Shown: positions 33,448 through 42,020 of the stretch, piece by piece
Layout of the letters: each line of letters starts with the position of its first letter
Position numbering within the stretch: position 1 is the stretch's first letter
Program-made: the position numbers and the translations under genes
The notes under the pieces: generated by a model
Database searches by the model: none
The model's input: the letters and a program-made list of their open reading frames with translations, nothing else
What the model was told of the DNA's origin: nothing
From: Sulfolobaceae archaeon
GTDB lineage: Archaea > Thermoproteota > Thermoprotei_A > Sulfolobales > Sulfolobaceae
Reading direction: 5' to 3'
Assembly (NCBI GenBank): GCA_038893355.1
Contig: JAWARQ010000002.1
Coordinates: forward strand, 96,001-160,000
Length of the DNA stretch: 64,000 nucleotides

Positions 33448-34197
33448 TCACCCTAAATATGCTTTAATAACCTCTGGATTATTTAATACTTCATTAACAG
33501 AACCACTCGCGATAATCTTACCCATAGACATTGCATATACATAATCTACATAATCAACAACTATATCAAGCCTATGTTCTATAACTAAAATAGCCATATT
33601 CTTTTTTAAATCAGTAATTATTTTTAATATTTCTTTAGCTAGCTGAGGATTAATACCTGCAAGCGGTTCATCCATCAGAAGTACCCTTGCCCTTGCCATT
33701 AATGCTCTTGCTATTTCTAAAAGCTTAAGTTGACCGCCACTTAATTCCTTAGCTGGCCTATCCCATAATTTCTCTAACCTTAGCATCTTTAAAATCTTAT
33801 ATGCCTCATTTGCTAATTCTTCTTCCTCTTTAATCCAAAAAGATTTCAGTATGGATCTAAGTACAGATTCTGACCTAATAGGATTTCTACCTAAAATTAC
33901 ATTATCTAAGACTGATAGATTTGGAAATATTTGAGGATTCTGAAAAGTCCTCACTATACCTAACTTAAATATTTCATGTGGTTTCCAGCCCGTAATATCC
34001 TTACCATCAAAGTAAACTCTTCCAGAATCTGGTTTGTATAACCCAGTAATTACATTAACTAGGGTAGACTTACCACTACCATTAGGACCTATTAATAAAG
34101 TTAATCTTGAATAAGGAATTTCTAAGGAAACACTATCTAAAACTAAAAAACCACCAAAACGCTTAGAAATTGAATTAACTTTGAGCAAAAAAATCAC
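33448..34197 (-). CDS. livG: Branched-chain amino acid ABC transporter ATP-binding subunit
   Basis: GPNGSGKS, RTFQ, DEPLAG, IEH, V..AYLG. Confidence 0.92.
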   Translation of the reverse strand: MIFLLKVNSISKRFGGFLVLDSVSLEIPYSRLTLLIGPNGSGKSTLVNVITGLYKPDSGRVYFDGKDITGWKPHEIFKLGIVRTFQNPQIFPNLSVLDNVILGRNPIRSESVLRSILKSFWIKEEEELANEAYKILKMLRLEKLWDRPAKELSGGQLKLLEIARALMARARVLLMDEPLAGINPQLAKEILKIITDLKKNMAILVIEHRLDIVVDYVDYVYAMSMGKIIASGSVNEVLNNPEVIKAYLG

Positions 34198-35592
34198 CTA
34201 ACTTATGCTACTTAATTTACTTAAAGCTTGTGGATCTGCAGGCACTAAATACCCTGCTGGAGTAGGAGATGCAGGAGGAAAGCCTATAATTAGTTTACTA
34301 GAATTTATATCATAAACACCATAAATTGCCCATTGATATCCTGAAGCAGTTTTATTTACAATTTCAAGTTCATAAGCTCCAGAGATTCTGTCACCATATT
34401 TATCGAATATATGATAGCCTGAAGCACCATAGAATTTTGCCGCAATTTTTGGTAAAACTTGCCTTATCTGATCAGGGTTATCACTCCCAACTTTCAATAT
34501 CGAGTAAAAGTATATCCAGAATATGTCATAAGTTATATAACTATAAGCTTGAAGTGTTTTACCAAAGTATCTAGTTAAATTATCATAATACACCGTATGA
34601 ACTGGGGCTGCTATTGGATTCAAAAACTGAGTTTGGTATGCTACTTGTGCTGCTACTGGATTTTGTACAATTGAACCGACACCTGCAGTACCATCTGAGC
34701 CGTACCATCTAACTTGAGTAAGTTGAGGATATTGGCTAGCTAATTGTAATATACTAGCACCCTCTTCAAAAGATACATCATAAACAGCAACCTTATCAGC
34801 GCCGTACTGACTAATTAGTTGACTTACTGCATTAGCTAATGCTGCAACATAGCTGGAAAAATCAGTAGTAGAAATATCGTATCTAGCTACTAGTTTTACT
34901 GTCCCACCTAATGCAATAAATGTCTTAGCAGTTCTATTTACTAAACCATCGCCATAAGTATCACCTCTCCAAATTACTGCAATAGCCCTAATACCTTGAT
35001 CATACATTATTTTAGCTATCACAGCACCTTGATAGGTATCATTAGGAACATCTCTAAATACATATCCAATTCTATCCGGAGTTGCAAGTGCAGGAGAAGT
35101 TGAGGATGGTGAAAATGCTATCATATCATTACTTTCTATATAGGACAATATGTTTCTTAACTCTCCACTAGAAAACGGACCAATAATTAGCCTAACACCT
35201 TGAGAATATAAAGTCTGCGTATCAGTTAATGCTACTTGTGGATTAGTTTGCGTATCTTCAAAAATGATCTGTATTCTCATATTAACTCCTAAACTTTGTA
35301 ACAAAGAATTGGCTTGATTCTGAGCATATGTAAGGACATCTCTAGCCTCTTGACCTATAGAGGATAACTGACCAGTAAGAGGTAATAATGCACCTATATA
35401 AATTGTCTTAACTTGCTGTGTAGTTCCCGTAGGTGTAGGAGAAGTTATAGTTCCTCCTCCAGTAGTTGTTGGAGTTGTTGATGGTCTTTGTTGTGTTATA
35501 AAAATCACAGCACCTATTATTATTAATATAATTATTACAACTACTATTGCTATTGTGGTTCGCGAAACTGCAGATTTATTTCTTGACCTCAT
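34198..35592 (-). CDS. LivK-type ABC substrate-binding protein
   Basis: Basic N-terminus, TM helix and Thr/Pro linker; IG...PLTG, SPSSTSP.L, FR..P.D..QG. Confidence 0.88.
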   Translation of the reverse strand: MRSRNKSAVSRTTIAIVVVIIILIIIGAVIFITQQRPSTTPTTTGGGTITSPTPTGTTQQVKTIYIGALLPLTGQLSSIGQEARDVLTYAQNQANSLLQSLGVNMRIQIIFEDTQTNPQVALTDTQTLYSQGVRLIIGPFSSGELRNILSYIESNDMIAFSPSSTSPALATPDRIGYVFRDVPNDTYQGAVIAKIMYDQGIRAIAVIWRGDTYGDGLVNRTAKTFIALGGTVKLVARYDISTTDFSSYVAALANAVSQLISQYGADKVAVYDVSFEEGASILQLASQYPQLTQVRWYGSDGTAGVGSIVQNPVAAQVAYQTQFLNPIAAPVHTVYYDNLTRYFGKTLQAYSYITYDIFWIYFYSILKVGSDNPDQIRQVLPKIAAKFYGASGYHIFDKYGDRISGAYELEIVNKTASGYQWAIYGVYDINSSKLIIGFPPASPTPAGYLVPADPQALSKLSSIS

Positions 35593-35721
35593 GCTATTTA
35601 TTAAATCCTCAAAGTGGTATAAATTAATTATGTTTTATAATTCAATACATAGTTTAGAACAATTTTTAGGTAAAATTGTTTTTAGTTATATAATGTTTTC
35701 AACTTCTTTCCATAATTACTG

Positions 35722-36078
35722 CTATATGAAAGTATTAGGCTTTAACTCGGTATAAGAGCTCTTGATCATATTTAGAATTATCAAATTTCCATTACTCAAT
35801 TTATAAATACCGTGTAATAAGAGTACTCTTATTTTATTCTCTCTACATCGTATCATTTCCCTAATTACTTCCTTATACTCTTTAGAAAAGGGTGAAGTAC
35901 GTAATGCAATGCTTTCATCATCCTTAATATCCCTTAACTCTTTTTCAATTTGATAAGAAATGTTAAGCAACTCCTCATCATCCTCTTTTTCTTTTACTAA
36001 TTCTAGGAAATGTTTTCCTGCACTCTGCACATCGCCTTGATTTAATTTCTGAATTATTTGAATTAGATCTTCAAACAT
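35722..36078 (-). CDS. Hypothetical protein
   Basis: 118-aa helical ORF downstream of rhodanese. Confidence 0.65.
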   Translation of the reverse strand: MFEDLIQIIQKLNQGDVQSAGKHFLELVKEKEDDEELLNISYQIEKELRDIKDDESIALRTSPFSKEYKEVIREMIRCRENKIRVLLLHGIYKLSNGNLIILNMIKSSYTELKPNTFI

Positions 36079-36140
36079 TAAATATATCTTAGTTCTAAAT
36101 CCTTTATTTCTTTTATCTAAAGCCAGAACTTGATATTAAA

Positions 36141-36548
36141 TTAATAGTTTAGTTTTAACAATTCATAATAATTCCTACTATTCATTCCTTTCTCTATTTC
36201 ATACCCTAATTTCATCCATAAGCTAACTCCGCCTAACATGTTAAATACTCTATAGCCTTTCAACAACTCTGCATATGTATTTACTAAATAAGTACTTCTA
36301 TTACCATGCTCACATACAATCACAATTTCCTTATCCTTAACGTTTAACTTTGGAAATAGTACTGGAAATAAATTCATTGGGATGAGCACTGAATTAGGAA
36401 TATGATGATCTTCATATTCCCATGGCTCTCTAATATCTATTATAATAATCTTATTCTTATTATCCTCTGATAACTTTCTTCTAATTACAGAGGGCCATTC
36501 ATGTAGTATATTTGGATAAAAAGGTGATCTATTGCTAGTAATTATCAT
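36141..36548 (-). CDS. Single-domain rhodanese (sulfurtransferase)
   Basis: IDIRE..EY...HIP, active-site loop CEHGNRS, GG..W. Confidence 0.9.
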   Translation of the reverse strand: MIITSNRSPFYPNILHEWPSVIRRKLSEDNKNKIIIIDIREPWEYEDHHIPNSVLIPMNLFPVLFPKLNVKDKEIVIVCEHGNRSTYLVNTYAELLKGYRVFNMLGGVSLWMKLGYEIEKGMNSRNYYELLKLNY

Positions 36549-36653
36549 ATGAAAGTTAGGATTTATTGGCTAGACTATAAGCATGACCCCCACAGATTTA
36601 TGATGAATATTACTCACAAGAATTATTAAAATCTTGAAAGATTTGATTTAAAA

Positions 36654-37571
36654 TTATATACTTAATTTACCTTCATAAATATTCTTTAATCTTTGCCACA
36701 TATTATCTATATATTCCTCTAGCAATTTAACCTCATCTTCAGCTAGTCTTTTAAATCTACCTTGACTCTTTATGAAATCTATAATTGGTCTTCTTGTTCT
36801 TCTATCTAAGCAATGTAAAGATTCTGATGAAATATTAAGTTTGCCATTTTCATACTCAAATAACGGCCAATAACACGTCTGAACGGCTAATTTACCAATT
36901 TCTACAGTTTTTGAAGGTTCAAAAAGCCAGCCGTAAGGGTCTGGTGTAAGTATATGGACATATCTAAAACCTTTTATATTTTTTGCCTTTTTCAGCTTAT
37001 TTATTAAATCGTGAGGATAGCCTATAGAAGCAGTAGCAACATATGGGACTTTGTGGGCCATCATTAAGAATGGGAGATCTTTTTTATTCTCTTTTTTACC
37101 CTCAGGGGTAGTAGTAGTTATTGCGCCAATTGGAGTTGCGCCACTTCTTTGTCCACCAGAATTCATATATGCCTCATTATCTACACAAATGTAAATGAAA
37201 TCCTCATTTCTCTCTGCAGCACCACTTAATGATGCAAAACCAATATCAGCAGTACCACCATCTCCTGCCCATACTACTACTGTAACATCCTTATTCCTTA
37301 ATTTATATGCTCTAGACATCCCTGAAGCAGCAGCAGGTCCTGCAGCAAATGCTATATTAAGTACGGGATAATTAAACGCGTTCTTAGGCCCTAAACCTTG
37401 TATAATAGAAGAACATCCTGCTACAACGATAAGAGCTACATTATCACCTAATGCAAAACCTAACATCCTCATTGCCATATTCTCTGGACATCCAGGGCAT
37501 GCAGAAGTTCCTGATAATAAGGAGTTCTTCTTATTCAATATGTCTCGGAGTCCTAAGCTCAATCTTTTCAC
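36654..37571 (-). CDS. porB: 2-oxoacid:ferredoxin oxidoreductase beta subunit
   Basis: ACPGC, GC, TPP motif GDGG...DNEAYMNSG.QRS. Confidence 0.9.
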   Translation of the reverse strand: MKRLSLGLRDILNKKNSLLSGTSACPGCPENMAMRMLGFALGDNVALIVVAGCSSIIQGLGPKNAFNYPVLNIAFAAGPAAASGMSRAYKLRNKDVTVVVWAGDGGTADIGFASLSGAAERNEDFIYICVDNEAYMNSGGQRSGATPIGAITTTTPEGKKENKKDLPFLMMAHKVPYVATASIGYPHDLINKLKKAKNIKGFRYVHILTPDPYGWLFEPSKTVEIGKLAVQTCYWPLFEYENGKLNISSESLHCLDRRTRRPIIDFIKSQGRFKRLAEDEVKLLEEYIDNMWQRLKNIYEGKLSI

Positions 37572-38745
37572 CTTCTAAAGGATAATACCATTCAACATTG
37601 TTTGCGATTCCCTTTTTAGCTTCCTCTACAAAACTTAATATTATTTTTTTAATATCGTTTTTATTTATTGAAACACCGCCAAGCCCAGTTATAATTCCTT
37701 TAATCTGCTTTACATCCCTTAACGTAGAAGACACTTCAAGATATAAAATTCCACCTCTACTAAAACTTACAGACCTGTCAAGAACTAATATCGCATCTTT
37801 ATCTTCTAATTCCCTTCTAATCTCCTGATAAGCCCAAGGTCTAATATATCTTATTCTATATAATCCGATTTTTAAACCATCTCGCCTTAATTCATCGATA
37901 GCTTCCATTGCATCACCAGCCCATGCACCCATTAAAACTACAGCATACCTTGAATCATCTAATTTATAACTCTGATTAAGAGTTGAGTAACCTCTCGTAT
38001 ATCCGAAGAATTCCTCATACTGCCTTCCTATTTCTGGAATTAATTCCCTAGCATTTATCATCCCAATATCTATGGAATTCCTCATCTTCATATACTCTAA
38101 CGGAGGAAACATATTTCCTAAACCTATTGGAGCTTCAGGATCTAATACATATGGTTGCCTTCGTTCTGGTAAATACTTATCAACTTCTTCTTGTGATGGT
38201 ACATAAACTTTCGTTTTAACATGGGATAGGATAAAACCATCCATACCTACCATCATCGGTAGGAATATATTCTCATTCTCAGAAATTCTAAAAGCCTGAA
38301 GAGTCAAATCAAGTACTTCTTGCGGATCCATAGCAAAAGCCATTATCCAACCACTATCCCTTTCAGTCATAAAATCAGTATGATCGTTCCATATATTCCA
38401 TGGAGCACCTACCGCCCTCGTTCCAACAACCATTACTAGCGGTATTCTACTCCCAGAAACCCACCATATCATTTCATGCATATATAATAAACCTTGTGAA
38501 GCAGTTGCTGTGAAAGCTCTAACACCCGCTACTGCAGCACCATAACATGTTGCCATTGCAGAATGTTCACTTTCAACTCTTATAATTTCAGCATCAAGTT
38601 CGCCCTTAGCCTTCATTTCTGCAAGTTTTTCAATAATAGTAGTTTGTGGTGTAATTGGATAGACTCCAATAACCTTTACCCTAGCAAGCTTTACAGCTAA
38701 TGCTACTGCCTCATTACCAGATATTATTCTATAACTCACTCTCAC
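37531..38745 (-). CDS. porA: 2-oxoacid:ferredoxin oxidoreductase alpha subunit
   Basis: GNEA, YPITPQT, ESEHSA, TASQGL. Confidence 0.92.
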   Translation of the reverse strand: MRVSYRIISGNEAVALAVKLARVKVIGVYPITPQTTIIEKLAEMKAKGELDAEIIRVESEHSAMATCYGAAVAGVRAFTATASQGLLYMHEMIWWVSGSRIPLVMVVGTRAVGAPWNIWNDHTDFMTERDSGWIMAFAMDPQEVLDLTLQAFRISENENIFLPMMVGMDGFILSHVKTKVYVPSQEEVDKYLPERRQPYVLDPEAPIGLGNMFPPLEYMKMRNSIDIGMINARELIPEIGRQYEEFFGYTRGYSTLNQSYKLDDSRYAVVLMGAWAGDAMEAIDELRRDGLKIGLYRIRYIRPWAYQEIRRELEDKDAILVLDRSVSFSRGGILYLEVSSTLRDVKQIKGIITGLGGVSINKNDIKKIILSFVEEAKKGIANNVEWYYPLEGEKIELRTPRHIE

Positions 38746-38992
38746 TCACCATAGAAATTGCTTTAGCAGGGCATACATTAGCACAAACTCCACATCCTTT
38801 ACAATACTCATAATCAATTTCAACTCTGTCATTTCTATCTAAAATTGTAGCTTCAGGGCACCACAAATAACAAGCCTTACAGCTTATACATTTATTATAA
38901 TCTATAACTGGCCTCATAACTCTCCAATTTCCGGTCTTTCCACCAGCACCCTTAGCTGGATAACTTACTGGTAAATATAAGTTAACTGACAA
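38729..38992 (-). CDS. porD: 2-oxoacid:ferredoxin oxidoreductase delta subunit (2x[4Fe-4S])
   Basis: KTG.WR..RP, CISCKAC..WCP, CKGCGVC..VCP. Confidence 0.92.
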   Translation of the reverse strand: MSVNLYLPVSYPAKGAGGKTGNWRVMRPVIDYNKCISCKACYLWCPEATILDRNDRVEIDYEYCKGCGVCANVCPAKAISMVSESEL

Positions 38993-39551
38993 CTAGTTCT
39001 ACCTCCTTAATACTATCATAAGCAATTTCTACTGCCTTAGCATTTAATTCTGCAATTTTCCCTTCAAATTCTTCAAATATTGCTTTCTTAAGTGAGTTTA
39101 AACTTATAATCTTTATAACTTTTATTAGAGCACCTAATATAACAATATTTACCATAGGCCAACCTGATTTAACTAAACCTAATTCCTTAGCTATTTTTGT
39201 AGCATTTATTATATATAATTTGTTTTTAATATTATCTAACATAATATTTGATTTAAAAGAATTTATTATAAACTCAGTAGTCGGCTTAATTCCTCTATAT
39301 ACATTTTGGGAGATATATAATAATGTAGGATCTATAACTACAATATAATCTGGATTTTCAATAGGTGAAGTAATTCTAATAGGTTTGTCAGAAATTCTAC
39401 AATATGCCTCTATTTCTGCACCTCTTCTTTCTGCGCCATAGATAGGAAAGGAAGAAGACCAAAGACCCTCAAAATAAGCTGCTTCTGCTAAAACGTTAGC
39501 TGCAGTAACAACACCTTGACCACCTCTTCCGTGAAATCTTATTTCGAGCAA
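38982..39551 (-). CDS. porG: 2-oxoacid:ferredoxin oxidoreductase gamma subunit
   Basis: EIRFHGRGGQG, YGAERRGA. Confidence 0.92.
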   Translation of the reverse strand: MLEIRFHGRGGQGVVTAANVLAEAAYFEGLWSSSFPIYGAERRGAEIEAYCRISDKPIRITSPIENPDYIVVIDPTLLYISQNVYRGIKPTTEFIINSFKSNIMLDNIKNKLYIINATKIAKELGLVKSGWPMVNIVILGALIKVIKIISLNSLKKAIFEEFEGKIAELNAKAVEIAYDSIKEVELVVS

Positions 39552-39613
39552 TAACTATCACGCTCTATAAAATATGTTGATTTTTAGAGTAATAAAGCTT
39601 GATACAAAAAAGT

Positions 39614-40846
39614 TTAAATGTATGGAAGGGCATAAGTTAAAATCTTTTTGAAGAATATTCTTCTATAATATATTTCAGATATTAAAGATATTAATATTGA
39701 AATTATTGATAAATATGGAACTATTGGTAAAGAAATTAAATTGAAAATTATAGCTGAAATATTAAAATATGTCCTAACTTTAAAGTCATTTCTGTATATT
39801 AAGTACTTTTTACTCTTATAATACGCTGAGAATATTTCTAGAGACAAAAACATGATTGCTAAAATAATTGCTAAGAAGTTCTGATTTAGATAATAGGAAA
39901 GGGGTCCAGAAATAGTAAATATTGAACCTATAAAAGAAATTGGAGTATCAATATTATACCATGAAGGTCTAGTCTTAACTAAGTATATCATTAAACTAGA
40001 TATAAAGCTTAATAGGAGAAAGATCGAGGCTAGTATTAAAGTTGATGGTAGGATCAAGTTTATTAAAAATAGAAGCAACGCTAATGCGCCTGTTGCTACT
40101 TCTCTACTTAACCAAGAGGATTTAAGATTAAAAATTACCCTAAATAACCTTTCCCTTCTAGTTACATGAAAAATTGAAGGAATAAATCCTAAGAATAAAA
40201 ATATTATAATGAAAATATTATAATGAGGTATATTAAATATTAAGAATCCGAGTGAAATTTCTATTAAAATAGTATATAATAATAATCCTATATAATTTCT
40301 CTCTTCTACTTGTTTCAAAGTCTTAAATTGACCCTTAACTAATTCAGATGACTTTACTAATAATCTGGGTTTCGTTATCTCCTTAGGAGCTAGATAATTT
40401 ACATCTACTGCAATGTTCTCTTCTAGCCATCCAAAACTTAGAGCACCAGTCGGACATGCTTCTACACAATATGGTAAACCCTTATTTGACTTAATTCTAT
40501 CATAACAGAAATGACATTTTGTCATTATTCCAACTTCATTAATTGTAGGAGCTTCATAAGGACAAGCCCATTGACAATATCTACAGCCTATGCACTTATT
40601 CGGATTTATCCTTAATATTCCAAATTCTTGATCTAATTCATATGCAGAAGCTGGGCACACTTTCATACATAATGGGTTCTCGCAGTGGTTACATGAAATA
40701 GAAAGTGCTGTCTTATAATTGTCTGTAACCAAAATCGGTAACTTTCTCCAATTTAAATTACCATAAGCTTTATTACAAGCATCTACACATGCGTTGCAGA
40801 CTATGCATTTTTGATGATCAAATATAAATGCAAGTTTTCGACTCAT
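39614..40846 (-). CDS. DmsB-like 4x[4Fe-4S] domain fused to DmsC-like membrane anchor
   Basis: CIVCNAC..AC, CNHC..P.C..VCP, CIGC.YC..ACP, CHFC...CVEACP; then about 8 TM helices with H....R.....NL.SSWLSRE. Confidence 0.88.
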   Translation of the reverse strand: MSRKLAFIFDHQKCIVCNACVDACNKAYGNLNWRKLPILVTDNYKTALSISCNHCENPLCMKVCPASAYELDQEFGILRINPNKCIGCRYCQWACPYEAPTINEVGIMTKCHFCYDRIKSNKGLPYCVEACPTGALSFGWLEENIAVDVNYLAPKEITKPRLLVKSSELVKGQFKTLKQVEERNYIGLLLYTILIEISLGFLIFNIPHYNIFIIIFLFLGFIPSIFHVTRRERLFRVIFNLKSSWLSREVATGALALLLFLINLILPSTLILASIFLLLSFISSLMIYLVKTRPSWYNIDTPISFIGSIFTISGPLSYYLNQNFLAIILAIMFLSLEIFSAYYKSKKYLIYRNDFKVRTYFNISAIIFNLISLPIVPYLSIISILISLISEIYYRRIFFKKILTYALPYI

Positions 40847-40923
40847 ATATACTCCTTCATGAAATCATACTCGTAAAAGTATAATATTTATACATATAAG
40901 GTTCTTATATAATGTTAAAGTAA

Positions 40924-41190
40924 ATGGAGACTGAGTTCTATAGATTTGCTTTAATTAGAAATTATCTAAGTAAAGTTATACAAAGCATTGAAGGTGGAAA
41001 AAGCATAAAAGAATCTGTTATTACTGAATTTGATGATAGTACTAAGTCTAGAATCTGCAAAGAAGATATTAATGAGGAAGTAATTTATAATTTAGCTAAA
41101 GAAGTTTCAGAATTTATATTGGTCAAGAATATTGATGAGAGTACGTTACATGAAATAGCTAAGGAGGTGATTAGATTATGCAGAGAATGA
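40924..41190 (+). CDS. Small hypothetical protein
   Basis: 88-aa ORF overlapping the start of the CitE-family gene. Confidence 0.65.
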   Translation: METEFYRFALIRNYLSKVIQSIEGGKSIKESVITEFDDSTKSRICKEDINEEVIYNLAKEVSEFILVKNIDESTLHEIAKEVIRLCRE

Positions 41191-41999
41191 GAAGGTCACA
41201 ATTGTATGTGCCATCAATAAGTGAAAAAATGATTAGAAAGAGTCTAGAAATACCTGCAGATAGTATAATATTTGACCTAGAAGACTCTGTACCTCCAGAA
41301 GAAAAACAACAGGCAAGGGAAATTTTAGAAAGAATGGTGAAGGAGAATGAATGGAAGGGAAAAGAATTAGCAGTTAGAATAAATCCGCTTTATACTTCTG
41401 AAAGTTTAAAAGATTTATTAACAATAATTAAACTGGAAAAGATAGATTTAATAATTATACCAAAAGCTGAAAATGATCTTTCATTTATTTATAAATTAAC
41501 TGGAAAAAATATACTACCAATTATAGAAACTGCTAAGGGATTAGTTAGAATTGAAGAAATAGTTAGATCAGAAGGAATAGTAGGGATAACTTATGGAATA
41601 GCAGATTATGCACTTTCTGTTGGTGGAGAGGTTAGGAAGTATGAATATAACGAGTATATAAAGACAAAAATAGTTTCAGTTGCAAGGACTTACGATATAG
41701 ATCCAATAGATAAAGTTTATTTCGATTTGAAAAATTTGGAAGGCTTCAAAAATGAATGTATCGAAGCTAAGAAACTAGGATTTGAGGGAAAGCAAGTAAT
41801 TCATCCCTCACAAGTTGAAATAGCAAATCAGATCTTTTCATTATCTGAAGAAGAAATAAAGTGGGCAAAAGAAGTAGTAAGCGCATATGAGAAGGCAATA
41901 CGAGAGGGAAGGGGCGCAATAAGACTTAATGATCAGTTAATTGATGCAGTACATTATAGATTAGCTAAAAGAATTTTAAATAAATATAAGATTAGCTAA
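41178..41999 (+). CDS. CitE/malyl-CoA lyase family CoA-ester lyase
   Basis: RRSQLYVP, DLEDSV, VRIN, IET..G, G..D, GK..IHPSQ. Confidence 0.9.
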   Translation: MQRMRRSQLYVPSISEKMIRKSLEIPADSIIFDLEDSVPPEEKQQAREILERMVKENEWKGKELAVRINPLYTSESLKDLLTIIKLEKIDLIIIPKAENDLSFIYKLTGKNILPIIETAKGLVRIEEIVRSEGIVGITYGIADYALSVGGEVRKYEYNEYIKTKIVSVARTYDIDPIDKVYFDLKNLEGFKNECIEAKKLGFEGKQVIHPSQVEIANQIFSLSEEEIKWAKEVVSAYEKAIREGRGAIRLNDQLIDAVHYRLAKRILNKYKIS

Positions 42000-42019
42000 A
42001 AGAATTTTAAATAAATATA
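41958..42019 (+). repeat. Perfect 31-bp tandem duplication
   Basis: AGATTAGCTAAAAGAATTTTAAATAAATATA at 41958-41988 and 41989-42019. Confidence 0.95.
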
Positions 42020-42020
42020 T

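Noticed and set aside
36549-36632. Possible C/D sRNA (ATGATGA near 36600) or 26-aa plus-strand ORF MKVRIYWLDY...
   Set aside because: No properly spaced CTGA boxes; the ORF is very short, opposite to the surrounding genes and has no support
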